Assembly (NCBI GenBank): GCA_904063045.1
Contig: CAJFCJ010000007.1
Location: forward strand, 179,540-243,539
Direction of reading: 5' to 3'
Origin: Dimorphilus gyrociliatus
Lineage: Eukaryota > Animalia > Annelida
DNA length: 64,000 nucleotides
Under the pieces are notes generated by a model. The model did no database searches. It was given only the letters and a program-made list of their open reading frames with translations, and was not told the origin of the DNA. Of this stretch, positions 52,801 to 64,000 are shown piece by piece. Every line of letters starts with the position of its first letter. Positions within the stretch are counted from its first letter, which is position 1. A program made the translations under genes and the position numbers.

Positions 52801-54227
52801 ATGTCCTCTAATGCCAAAGAAAAACATGTTTTACATATATCTAAAGAAGGTTTCAACTGTCCATCGAATCACTGGGACTCTCTTTCCGTATTTGTACGTA
52901 AATATTTTAATTGAGCGATATTTTAGTAATGTAGGCCGGCTCTTCCAGGCGTTCATGTCAATTAGAGGACTTTTAAATGACAACATCTCCATCGATCGAA
53001 GTCTTAGGTTCTCTCTATCATCACCCCTCGAATGGCTACGTAAGTAGTTTATCAAGCATTATAAACATTCTCTAATTAGATCGATTTTCAACGACAAATT
53101 AAATTACTTAATAGTTGACGAACCTTGGCTAGAATTGCCAGATGGTAGCAAAATTATAGGGGCAATGGATATAATGTATCACTTCGAAAAACAGGTAAGT
53201 CACTCTGAAACCTATGATGCTAATTGACGTAATTTCTCTACGAATTTCAGATGACGTCAGCAGTCACATCTAATTGGGCCCAATGCATGGCGTATTATTC
53301 TCTACTAAAAGAAAGACTAGTTCCTGCATTGGTAAGAATTATTAAAGTTATTAAATTTGAACTAGTTAGTCCATAAGCCTAGACACTCTGATTAAATTGG
53401 CTTTTGATAACAGTATAAAGAATTCTGGTTAAATCCAGAAAATTATCTTAATAGTACTTCTAAAGAATATTCGAGAGCTGTCGGCTTCCCTCTAAATTTA
53501 GTTTATTGCGGAATGAAGAGGAAAAGAATTTTAAAGAGCTTAACTTTTGAGTTAAAGAAAGGCGAAGAAGAGATAAAACAATCGGATGAAGTTCTAGTTT
53601 GTATTTAAACATCTATAATGATGCTAATACATTCATATATGTTATGCAACTTTCAGATATTGGGTAGAGCGAAAGAGTTTCTTAACATTCTGGAACGTAA
53701 GCTCAACGATAAAGAATACTTCTTCGGCGATAAGTAAGCTTTCAACATTAAGCTTTAAACCAAGAGTTATTAATCTTGTTTTTTTTGTCCACTTTTTTTA
53801 CTATAAAAAGACCAAGTAGCTTGGATGCAATTGTTTACGGACATTTAGCAATGCTACAAAACGCTAAATTGGTTATAATACCTTTGCTAAATCATCTTAA
53901 ATCTTGCCCAAGCCTTTTAGCTCATTGTCAAAGAATGGAAACTTTAGTTAATGCAAATAGTATGGTTTCTGTTTTTAATTAATAATAATTGTTCAGTAAC
54001 TACGTATATTTTTTTTAGAATTTACTAAAGTGGATACAAATGAATCAAGGGAGAAGGCTGCAATAGACAAAGAATTCCCTAACCGTATTCGGAATATAAT
54101 ATTAACTGCCGTCTTCGGAATAAGCACCTTACTTTTATATACAATAAGCACAGGGATTATACAGATAAACGTGAATCAAGATGATATATCCGATAATGAG
54201 ACAGAAGAGGAGCAGCTTGAAGATTAA
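52801..54227 (+). CDS. MTX1: Metaxin-1/3 (mitochondrial outer-membrane SAM-associated, GST-like fold)
   Basis: Eight short exons that splice in frame. N-terminal CPSNHWDSLSVF|AF, AYYSLLKERLVPAL, EFWLNPENY, GFPLN, KEYFFGDKPSSLDAIVYGHL and C-terminal TM NIILTAVFGISTLLLY. Confidence 0.9.
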
Positions 54228-54470
54228 CTGTTAACAGAAAGAAGCTATTTTCTGGCCTACTTTCACCCTTTAAACAATAAGTCAACCATTCATAAATATA
54301 TTTCTATCACAAATATTTTACGATAGCGTCAATCAATTCAAATAACAACAACAAAACAGGAAAAACAATCATTACACGTAAAAAAAAAGTTAAATTTTCT
54401 TCTTTTGAGCATTTTAAGGCTTTTTTCACTTGATTACAATAGCTTTTCAGATTTTACTTAACATATATAA

Positions 54471-56030
54471 TCAAACATAACCCTCTTTATACTCTTCATT
54501 GATTTCAATGTATGTTGAAGGTGAGCGGTAAGATTCTAGTTTTGTTAACCTTGTAGAACTACTTCTCAAATCTTCATTAGAGGAAGTGGAATCTCTATAA
54601 AGTCTATGGTCTGCAAAGTCATAACGAAATTTCATGGGATTTGGTCTTTTGATAGCGGATTGCTTTCCACCAGGGATCAACCTATTAAATATTTTTAATT
54701 AAACATTATTAAACACCTTCAAGTCGACTATCCCATCTGATAGATTGGCCCTGAGAACGAATTCCCATTTGTGGTTTCATTAAATTCTTAGAAAAACATT
54801 GAGACCGAGAAGGAGGCCAATCGTCAGACGGCGATGTCGAAATTTAATCATTTCTACAACGGTGCGATCGTGTATTTTCCCTATTTTCTAGAATAAAAAA
54901 ACCGCAAACATCTCAACAGGTATAGTCCTGTAGAAATCGTAAGATATTTTTTGAAAAATATAGAATTTACGTACGTACTCAGGTCTGTGAACCCTTCCTC
55001 TTCTTTTCACAATTCTAAACTTTTGGCTAGCAGCACGCCTATCTTTTCTGCGAATCGAGGGTGAATCTGTTATTCCGGCTTTGCAACCCATTAAATTTTG
55101 CATGCAATGCCTAAACGATTTGTTCAAAACCCAATAGAGAATAGGATTAACAGCACAATTAGCGTGAGCTAATAGTAGAACATAATTAAAAATCATTCGA
55201 ATAGTTGTTGCCGTCTCTTCACCAGTAGTTAAATCCATAACAAATGACATAATGCTGTAAGGCATCCAGCATATAATGAACATGAGAACAACAATGAAAA
55301 GCATTTTCGTTATTTTTCTTTTACCAACATCGATTGAAGTTCCGTTGAGGTTTACCGAATTCGATTGCAATGGACCACTCCATATTCTTCTTGCAATTGA
55401 CAAATAACTAGATAGCATGACAAGCATAGGCACTATATACAAAACTATTAATACACATGTACCATAAGATCTTCTAAATAAGATTCCCGTTGTTCCGTTC
55501 ATACTGCTGCTCGTACAAAAGTATATTGATTCTGGCCAGTTTGTGACTGGCTTTGTCGTTCTCATAGCCAGAAATTGTGGAAATGCGCAGAGGGCAGATA
55601 AAATCCAAATTAAAGACAAGGTGAGCATTGCTTTCGCCTTTGTTGCAATTCTATGTCTCATAAACGACTTGAAAGCAAAGTACCTGTCCACACTTAAGGC
55701 AGTTAAGGTGAAAATACTAGCGAAGACTGTTGTACCTAAGGATAATTATTAGTGAATGATTACTATCTTCCTTATATTCTCTTCTCTCTGCTTTCTCTTT
55801 TTGGGTTTCTTTATCATTAAAACAAGTATACTTTACAACAGCAACATGGTTCAAGGTAGGAAGGATTTTTAGCCGCTAGTGATTAGGAATATAAGAAAAG
55901 GCTAATGAATTTATTTTTCTTCTTAGTGTAGTAAGAAAAACAGGAGACAATCATGTATTTAAAATGTACAATTTGATCCTTCTAGGGACTGTCTCCTCTT
56001 TTGTAAGAGGAACTTACGCTGAATTAATTG

Positions 56031-56072
<42 letters not shown>

Positions 56073-56469
56073 CGAAATGCTCGGTAAATTTGATATAAGG
56101 AATTGAAGGAGAAAGCAACCGAATACCTTGTAAAAGGTTGGAAGACTTGCACAGAAATTCTCCGTAATACCATCTATTGTCAACAGCGTTTGCAACTGAG
56201 AGAGGCATACATAACAGTGTCATACATAAGTCAGCCACAGCAAGATTGACCAAAAAGAGGTTTTTGACCCTTCTCATTTTCTTAAATCTGACTATTACTG
56301 ATATAACAAGTGAATTTCCGGTAAGAGCCAATAAAAACACTGGAATGTAGAGTATTAACAGGACAATAGTTCGAGGTTCCTTTATAATTAGTTGCGAGGC
56401 AAAGAAACTCTCAATTATTCTCCTGTATTCTTCTGTTTTATTTCGGACAGAATCATTTGTACGCATCAT
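54471..56469 (-). CDS. Class A neuropeptide GPCR (orexin/allatotropin/QRFP-related group)
   Basis: Exons 56469-56127, 55735-54979 and probable terminal exon 54681-54471. GNSLV, NLFLVNLAVADL, WYYGEFLCK, SVDRY, CWMPY, HANCAVNPILY. The ligand cannot be assigned, and the last-exon choice is less certain. Confidence 0.9.
56036..56068. repeat. (GA)n microsatellite in GPCR intron 1
   Basis: Uninterrupted gagaga tract. Confidence 0.95.
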
Positions 56470-58396
56470 ATTTATATTCTAAGTGAAAAAAAGAAAAGAA
56501 AAAAACATTGAGTTATTCGTACAAACCAATCAGAATAGATAAACGTACAAAGGAAAGAAAAACTTGTCTAACAAAGGATGAACGACTTTGTGTGTGTTTT
56601 TTTAATAAATATAAAAAACAACTTACACATAAAATGCTGGAGGATTTGAAAGGATTTAATTTCCTATTCAATACTTATGCGAAATGTTTAATACCTCGTT
56701 CCTTTTATTCAGATAGCGTCTAACTTGATCGTAAAATATCTGCTTTTTATATTCAGATAAAATGAATTTTGCCGCTTTCTATCAATTCATCAGTCGTCAG
56801 TTTACGTCCAAGAAACGAAAGAAAATATTTTTTAGCACCAGAATATGGCATTACAAACAACTCTAATGAACGAAGCTTCGACCTTAGCAATTTTCTAGGC
56901 GTTTATGATTGCCCATCTATAATAGCGCCACCTACCCCTTCAAATTAGACAGATTCTCAAAAAACAGGAAAAAAAAACTTATCAAATGTATCCTCGGTTA
57001 ATTGCGATCATAAAAGTAAACAAACAACTGCAATGAGCAAGAATTCTGAAACGTGTTTAATGCATTATGAGTAATCTAGGACAATAATTTTCCAAACAGG
57101 TAGACCGTGAGGCATAAATGTATACTGAAAATGCACTCATCATTATAAATATATATAATATCTATAATATTATCACTGAATAATCGCATCTGAGTGTTCA
57201 AATCGAACATCTTAAATATTTATTTATTACGGAATATCAAACAGAAAGAAAGGACATTGACATACCCTTCCTTCGTTACCTAATGGCAATTTTTTCCCCT
57301 TAAAATAACATTAGTTTTTGAATATTCTATTTAATAAAACCAAATGAACTTACTGTATATACTCTTTTTACCAAAACTGGATATAGGATAATCCTTCTTT
57401 CCTTAATAGACACGGAAAATGGATATTTCTTTTTGCAGCAATATCCGTATAAAACTACATTTCATTTCATACATGTAATTCGTATTTCTTTTCTATTATA
57501 TTAATATAATGCACTTAACAGTTCAGTTGCATGTGATACCCAATGCTAAAAAGCAAGAGTCGTGCACTAAGTACTCCCAACGTTCTATATTTCTTGGCCA
57601 GCTGGCATAATTAATTAATTAATTAAGCATTCTAATAACCAAAAACCGATTATTTTACGTCAGTGTGAAGATTCTATAAAAAATGGCATTTATTCAGATA
57701 TTATCACCTGCTGTAAATGAAAATAACATCTTTTGAAAATAAACAATTGGCTAGGTAACAAGGTATTCCATTTCTTTTGGTGTTAACCTATAAATAATAC
57801 CATGTGCTAGACTTATCATCAGTGTAAGATATCATCAATAAATTTAAAAGTAAAAATACAGTATTATTAAAGATATAAGTATTATGCTTTTCAACATATT
57901 AAACCTTAAAGGATGTTATATTAAATGTCTATATTAGCTTTAATGACGTCAAGAATTTTTAGGTAATAGACAAATTTGTAATGAGATCTAATAAGGCAAT
58001 AAAAGAATGATTCAGTAAGAGAAAAATTGTATTAAATGTACGCTTTTCATAAATAAAGCATTGAGAAAATAGATTAATGAAGTAGGCGCATAAAATTCTC
58101 TTTTATTATGATTTTGTTTTCTCATAAACTGTTACAGCAGCAAACTTCTACTGCAGAGAAATATATTTGGTGCATAAATCAAACAATTAAAAGAAAATTG
58201 ACAAACAAAATCTATTAACTTTCTAATTGTGATAATATCTCCTGATTGTTGAATAATTTATAGACAATATATTATATAGTTAGAAAATTATTGGAGAAAT
58301 AACAATAATGTTACCCTTATTTAAACTAAGAGTAATACAAATCAACTTTTCTCTATTGACATTGTAAAATGTAAAGATAGAAAAGTCAACATTCTT

Positions 58397-59265
58397 TTAG
58401 GAGTTGTTTAGTTCTTCATTTTCAACTTTTATTCTCTGTTGTAGTTCGGAAATTAATTTTTTTTCTTTGCAAATCTGAATAAAAACAATCAAAACCATTC
58501 TTTTCAAGGAACACTGTACATAAACTGTATATCATTACCGTTTGACGTCCGTCTGCTATCTTCTCTTGTATAGATTTTAATTCGGACTCTTCATAGGCCA
58601 CTTCTTTTTGAAGTTCAGTTTTCAGTTGTTTCAGTTTACCTAAATTCTGCTTTCTATTTTTTACTATTGTATTCATTATAATTAGCATTATTTCTTTACT
58701 AAGTATCATTATTTGAAAGATTAACCTATCCGTTTTAATTTCTTTAATTCTTCTTGAGGTTCCCTAAAAACTGAGCCCATTCTTAAGTCATCAATAACAG
58801 TCGTTCTCTCTTTCACAGCTTCGTTCATAGTTTGCCTTTCTTTTTCCTTTTTATGCTGAAGATTATTCAAAATTGATTGACTCTCTCTAAACTTTTGTTC
58901 CAGTAATGCTATATCTGTACTTTCAAATGTTTTGATATCATTGACCAAAAAGAATACTCTTTAGCATACCTTTATTGCATTTTTCTGATCTTTCTTCTAA
59001 TTCTCTCTCTCTATGGAGACTAAATGAGAGACTAAACTCTGTATTTTCTAAAGTTTTACGAGTACTTTCACAGATACTTCGCACTTTGATAGAAATGATA
59101 TCCTATTAATCGTTTGACTTGCTAAAATCTTGAATTTATTAAACCTGTATCCTCAGTTTTTGTCAGACTTTCCAATTCAGCTTTAAGAACATTCTTTCTG
59201 GCTTCTTTTTTCTCTATTGAAGCCCTCATTGAAGTCAAAAAATCAGTGATTTTATTCTCATCCAT
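58397..59265 (-). CDS. Uncharacterised coiled-coil protein (about 200 aa, about 5 exons)
   Basis: MDENKITDFLTSMRASIEKKEARK... then heptad-rich exons DIALLEQKFRESQ..., VKNRKQNLGKLKQ... and ICKEKKLISELQQR...NS* joined by short GT-AG introns. The first intron acceptor is uncertain. Confidence 0.6.
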
Positions 59266-59344
59266 TATAACGATGTCTATTAAGCGAATATAAGTTTATT
59301 TACTTCTATTTCTTGCAAAATTATGGGAATAAGTTTTCAAACAA

Positions 59345-59352
59345 CCGGAAGT
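59345..59352. promoter_or_regulatory. ETS/GABP motif CCGGAAGT about 80 bp upstream of the coiled-coil gene ATG
   Basis: Perfect consensus at a typical proximal-promoter position. Confidence 0.45.
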
Positions 59353-59894
59353 TTATCACCCAGTGACATCTGCTTTTCTAATTAGGAATAGGGGGCGCTC
59401 ATCTTTAAATACTCAGGATTAAAGTATAGAACAAAATGAGAAAGAGAAAATCTCGTAAAAAAATTATCATTCTAAAGAAAAAATACATTCTAGAAGAAAT
59501 TAATTTTATCCCACAGTAGAATTATCCAGGAAATTACTACTAATTTCCTATTTCAAAGCTTGTAATATAGAATAAAGTAAAAATATAAATTTCTCTTCTG
59601 TAATTTATATTAGACAAAGAAAAGATAACAAAGAATATCACTAATAGAATTTTAGGTTGATTTATAATTAAATTGAAAGCATTCTTGTATCTTTTACTTA
59701 GTCACGAATTTATCTTGCGGTCTAAGCACGACATATATGGAACAACGTTTATTAATTCTAAAAAATAACTGTCCATCTTAAAGGGAAAATGATTAAGGAA
59801 TAACTAAAGACACCACACATAGTATCAAACGAGACTTATAATAACTTTATTGTGTTAATTTTTAGGATAAATTTGAGAAGATCAAAAGAATGTG

Positions 59895-61325
59895 TTACAT
59901 TTTAGTTAGAAGTATTGAATTTGTCTCGTTGGGATCTTCCGTAGCTTTATTTTGTGGTTCTTCAATTAAAATTTTTTCCACATTTGGTGTTGCAAGTGTC
60001 TTAGATTTTTCAAAATATCTTACCATTACTTCAAAGACTATATACATTAATATACACATTAAAGCCCCAAGAAGAGATGCGTATAGGACTGAAAAAGGAG
60101 AGACTGAGTCAAAAAGAACTCCTACCACGGATGGACCTATTATATTTCCAAGTGAACTACCGATTGATAATATCCCAGCAGCAATGCCATTCATTTCTAT
60201 TACTTCCGAAGCTCTGAGAACAACTGAAGCGTATGTACTACTCATTCCTAGCCCGAAAACAGCCGTGCTTATCCACATAACCATTGGGTGGTATTTGCAT
60301 AATATGGCAGAGGTTAACATTGATAAAAATGTCAAAACAGTAGTAATAATAATCATTGTTTTAGGGCGTAGGAAAATGGATATTGGAACAGCCAAAAACC
60401 TCCCGACTGAATGAGCGCCCCAAAGTACAGATGTTATTAAAGGACCGTCACTCTTATCCCAATGTAGACCCTTGATTACAAAAGTTGCTAAAAAGTGGCC
60501 AGGTGTATCTTCAGTAACAAGTAACCAAAAGTAAAACATAACGAGAATAACTAAAAAGGCTATTCGCTTCTTCTTGTTTAACATTTTAATGTTTTTATTA
60601 CATTCTCTGTTAGAAGGGTCGTCAACAGTACTTGTTGCTTTCGTGAAAATGGTAGATTTTAATAGAAAAAACAGTATGGTAAACATTAAAATTGATGGAA
60701 CGGCTATGATGCCTGCAATAATTCCTGCGTAATGTACTCGGATATCTTCATTTGATGCATTAAACCCTTTGGTTACAGTTTCTGATGTTGTATTATCGCC
60801 AATTTCATAAGCATTTATGTCTTTAGGCAATTCTTTAAGTAGAAAAGGCTTAGCGATAAAGGGACCTATTGCAGCTCCTAATGACCAAACAGCATGGGCT
60901 GTCTGAAGAAGTGGTTTTACCAGCTTCGAACCTTTCCATACATAGACAATATATGACTGTCCTCCACTATCAACTGCACCCATAAATATACCTGATAGAG
61001 TATTAAAGAATATAAATAAACCTAAATTCGGAGAGGCGGGTACTGCAGCTATAGTTGCTCCAATTCCTAAATTTGCCACGGCAAACCAAAATTCGTTACT
61101 TACTCTGTCATAAAGTACAGAACAAAGGAAACTGCCAACTAAATAGCCGAAAGCATGAAAAGAAATTCCGATTGAAATTCTTTGGGTATCTGTATTTAAC
61201 ATTATTTGAAAATCAAGTAAGGCTGGACCGAACAAACCGGCACACACTCCCAGCACAAAAAACGATAAATAAATAGCAAGGGTTCGGAATTTCTTCCTCT
61301 CTACTGTATTGACGCTGGAATCCAT
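59895..61325 (-). CDS. MFSD4: MFSD4 / sodium-dependent glucose transporter (NaGLT1)-like MFS transporter, intronless
   Basis: 476-aa ORF. GLFGPALLD, GYLVGS, MGAVDSGG, LQTAHAVWSLGAAIGPFIAKPFL, WGAHSVGRFLAV and about 12 TMs. Confidence 0.88.
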   Translation of the reverse strand: MDSSVNTVERKKFRTLAIYLSFFVLGVCAGLFGPALLDFQIMLNTDTQRISIGISFHAFGYLVGSFLCSVLYDRVSNEFWFAVANLGIGATIAAVPASPNLGLFIFFNTLSGIFMGAVDSGGQSYIVYVWKGSKLVKPLLQTAHAVWSLGAAIGPFIAKPFLLKELPKDINAYEIGDNTTSETVTKGFNASNEDIRVHYAGIIAGIIAVPSILMFTILFFLLKSTIFTKATSTVDDPSNRECNKNIKMLNKKKRIAFLVILVMFYFWLLVTEDTPGHFLATFVIKGLHWDKSDGPLITSVLWGAHSVGRFLAVPISIFLRPKTMIIITTVLTFLSMLTSAILCKYHPMVMWISTAVFGLGMSSTYASVVLRASEVIEMNGIAAGILSIGSSLGNIIGPSVVGVLFDSVSPFSVLYASLLGALMCILMYIVFEVMVRYFEKSKTLATPNVEKILIEEPQNKATEDPNETNSILLTKM

Positions 61326-61659
61326 CTAAAGCAGGTTATCATCTGATGAACAGCTTCTTAGAATGAATTCATATTTATAGTTTGGTAGATAAGATAGTAC
61401 GCCGTTTAAAGAACAAACGCAAATATCTCTCCTAGCAGACACGTGTAATTAGAAATTCGCAGACGAAATATTCGCTCGTCCAAACTTCATTACCAGTTTT
61501 CTGAAGAAATCACGAATCTTTATAAATTATTTCATTTGTTTTCTATTAGGCCTATTACAATTTTTGGAAAACGAAATATGTATTTTTAAAAAATTAAAGG
61601 ATGTTCGATTAAAAATGAAATGATCAATAGTGTTTAATAAATAAGAAAAATAGAAAAAG

Positions 61660-64000
61660 ATGCCTAAAAATTCCTTAAGTACTAAGAAAAAAGTCTTTAA
61701 AAAGAAGCTTACTTCTCCTACAACTAATAGAATACGTAGCGGTTCAGTTTATTCATATATTTCAAAAAATTTAACACCTAAAGTCAGTATAAATCGTGAC
61801 ACTGATATTAAACCTAATCTTGTTGATGTGTCAACTGGTATTTCTCATCAAAATCTATTTGATATTCAAAGAGAAAAAGTTGAATTATTAAAGACATCAG
61901 CTGTAAATAATAATACAATTAATAGCATTAGCTTTGAAGTTTTTATTGAGGCGTATGAAGATGTTAATCAGTCATTTCATAAAAGTGTAAGGCCTGAAGA
62001 GACTCTTAAGCATTTAAATAACATATCTAATAATCTACAACGATGTATGGATCTTTTATGGACCCATTTATGCGCAATACAAAATTCTACTATAAATGCT
62101 CGAGAAGAACTATATGGAAGATTGGATAAGGCAATTTTCAACAATGATAAAATAACTTTAAATGGTTCAGAAGATGAGTTAAATTCGTGGAAAATTAACT
62201 TAGAACTTGCTGAATTAGCCGAAGAAATGGTTAAAGCTGCAAAAATTACAACAATTTGCAAACAAGTTAGAACAATACGAATTTGTATGCAACTATTTAT
62301 TACTTTTTAATTTAATCCAGGCAATAACGAGGACAACGGAAATTGCCGAAAGACTCAAACTAGAAGCTAATTTATTAGAACAGAGAATTAGAAAAGAGCG
62401 TAGCTTTCAACTAGAAAGAGAAAAGCGAGCTTTAGATGAGAGAAAGAAAAATGAGTTCAAACAAATCAAAGAAAGACAATTACAAACAGAAAGAAAAAAT
62501 CGTCTAGAGAATGAAAGAGTGGCGATACTGAGGAGAAGCGATTACAAAATCAACGAATCTTTTAATTTTGAATATCCCTATCAGATTTCAAATGAAGACG
62601 GCTCAACAGAGCTGTGCTGCATTATCCGAACTAATTCGAAATCCTTCACCGAAGATTCAATAAATGTTAATCCACTCAACGGTACCTCTTTTCACTACGA
62701 ACCTAATGATGAATTAATTAGTAAATTAGTTCAATTAGAAAGTAACGAATCCAACTTATTGAATAAAAATAGTCTTTTCTTAACAATACCTCATTATATG
62801 AATAGACTTAGCTCTCAAACAAGAGAACCGATTGTAAAATTTTTATCTAAAGAGAATAATTGGAGAGAATTAAAAACGACTGAAGTTTTGATAGAATCGA
62901 AAAAAGAGCTCAAATTTGCGCAAATAGAATTAAAAGAATTTGGAACTTATGCCGTCGTAGCCTGCCTTAAAAGAGATCATTTAGTAATTACAAAAAAAGG
63001 AGGCAAAATTAAAAGTGCTCTTGACCCCCGATTAACAATCTTTTCTAAACCGAATACCTTTCCTGATAAGGAACATTTTACAGTTGCTAGTCAAATTGTT
63101 GACAGGTGATTTATAGATGTTATAAATTCAAGTTTTTCCTCTTATATTTTGTTTATTTAACAGCAACAGAATTAACGAAATGCGGTCAATAACTTCTTGT
63201 GGTCAAGCTGTTTACAATGTTTCGGCGTTTTACCACTTGCAATGGGAAAGCCATAAACTGTTAGAGAAAATTACAGTTAATGTTCCAATCAATCCAAATC
63301 CAACGAAAGCCAAGAAAATCGCAAAAGGATTAAAGCCACACGAGAAGAAATCTGGCAAGAAGTCAAGACTTAATGAAGGGGAAGGTGAAATTTTGTACTT
63401 GGTGAAATCCTTTGGAAGTGGTGACAGATGGAAAACTGACAGTATAAATGTAACAGTGAAAAAATTGGATATTGTTCAATTCACAACTCAGGAACCCTTA
63501 CAGAAATTCATCATTATTCGTATGAAGGCTAGATCAAGTGGGGAAGAAGCCTCTATTGTTGCTGAGACCTTGTATAATCTATTGCAAAAACGCTATGCTG
63601 AAGTCTTTGTTCGACAGCATAAAGATAATCTCAAACATTTAATAGTTACAATAGTGCCCTCTATGAAATCGGATAAAATGGGCCTTACTTTGAACAACCA
63701 TGGTTTTACAGCAGGTGAAGAAGAATCAATTGGGGTTGAACTTTTTGAAGGTGATCTTATAAAAATTCAATTTTGTGGCAACATGCAATTTCAAAATGTG
63801 AATCAACAAGTTGAAATGATATACAATTCTCAATTAGATACCAAAATCAGCGCCATTATTCAAGTTAAAGATCAATATCTACAAAAAAATTTCGATAATT
63901 TTAGAGCAATTCTACAACTAATACTAAAAACAAGATTAAGAAAGATAAAATCATCACAAAAGTCAATAACAATTGTTCAACCAATAGAAAACAATGAAAT
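61660..64000 (+). CDS. DTHD1: DTHD1-like ZU5-ZU5-UPA(-death) scaffold protein with N-terminal coiled coil; runs off window end
   Basis: Exons 61660-62265, 62321-63105, 63164->64000 in frame. ELCCIIR, ZU5 TKKGGKIKSALDPRLTIFSKPNTF and UPA-like LFEGDLIKIQFCGNM. The death domain is not in the window. Confidence 0.75.

Noticed and set aside
59890-60414. 174-aa plus-strand ORF
   Set aside because: Antisense shadow of the MFSD4 CDS.
1-64000. tRNA, rRNA, snRNA, CRISPR array, transposase
   Set aside because: No T-loop/cloverleaf, rRNA or snRNA signature, repeat-spacer array or DDE/RT ORF was recognised by eye; a covariance-model scan was not run.

Overview
AT-rich (about 30% GC) eukaryotic, gene-dense window with very short GT-AG introns (many 55-65 nt). 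The gene content (SKOR, trunk-like cystine knot, Delta-like, nAChR, neuropeptide GPCR) indicates an invertebrate animal with a compacted genome, most plausibly a lophotrochozoan such as a small-genome annelid (inference, not verified). By manually splicing exons I find about 16 protein genes, in order: LDLa-TM-PPxY receptor, D-serine dehydratase-like enzyme, degenerate class A GPCR, trunk/PTTH-like ligand, nAChR alpha subunit, basic RVxF protein, SKOR, Hv1-family voltage-sensor protein, SLC16, Delta-like, metaxin, orexin/QRFP-type GPCR, coiled-coil protein, MFSD4 and DTHD1-like (truncated by the window end). I recognised no rRNA, tRNA, CRISPR array or intact transposon. The best candidates for new biology are three. 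(1) An intact 8-exon Hv1-family gene, almost invisible in the ORF track, with Lys in place of the selectivity-filter Asp (D112 equivalent) and most outer acidic residues lost, predicting an anion-conducting or non-conducting paralog. (2) An alpha-type nAChR with Pro-2', Ser9' and Gln20' in M2. (3) A window-wide excess of TACAGTA/TACTGTA, often inside (TA)n tracts, which is the classical Tc1/mariner excision footprint. All family assignments come from motif recognition by eye; no database search was run.
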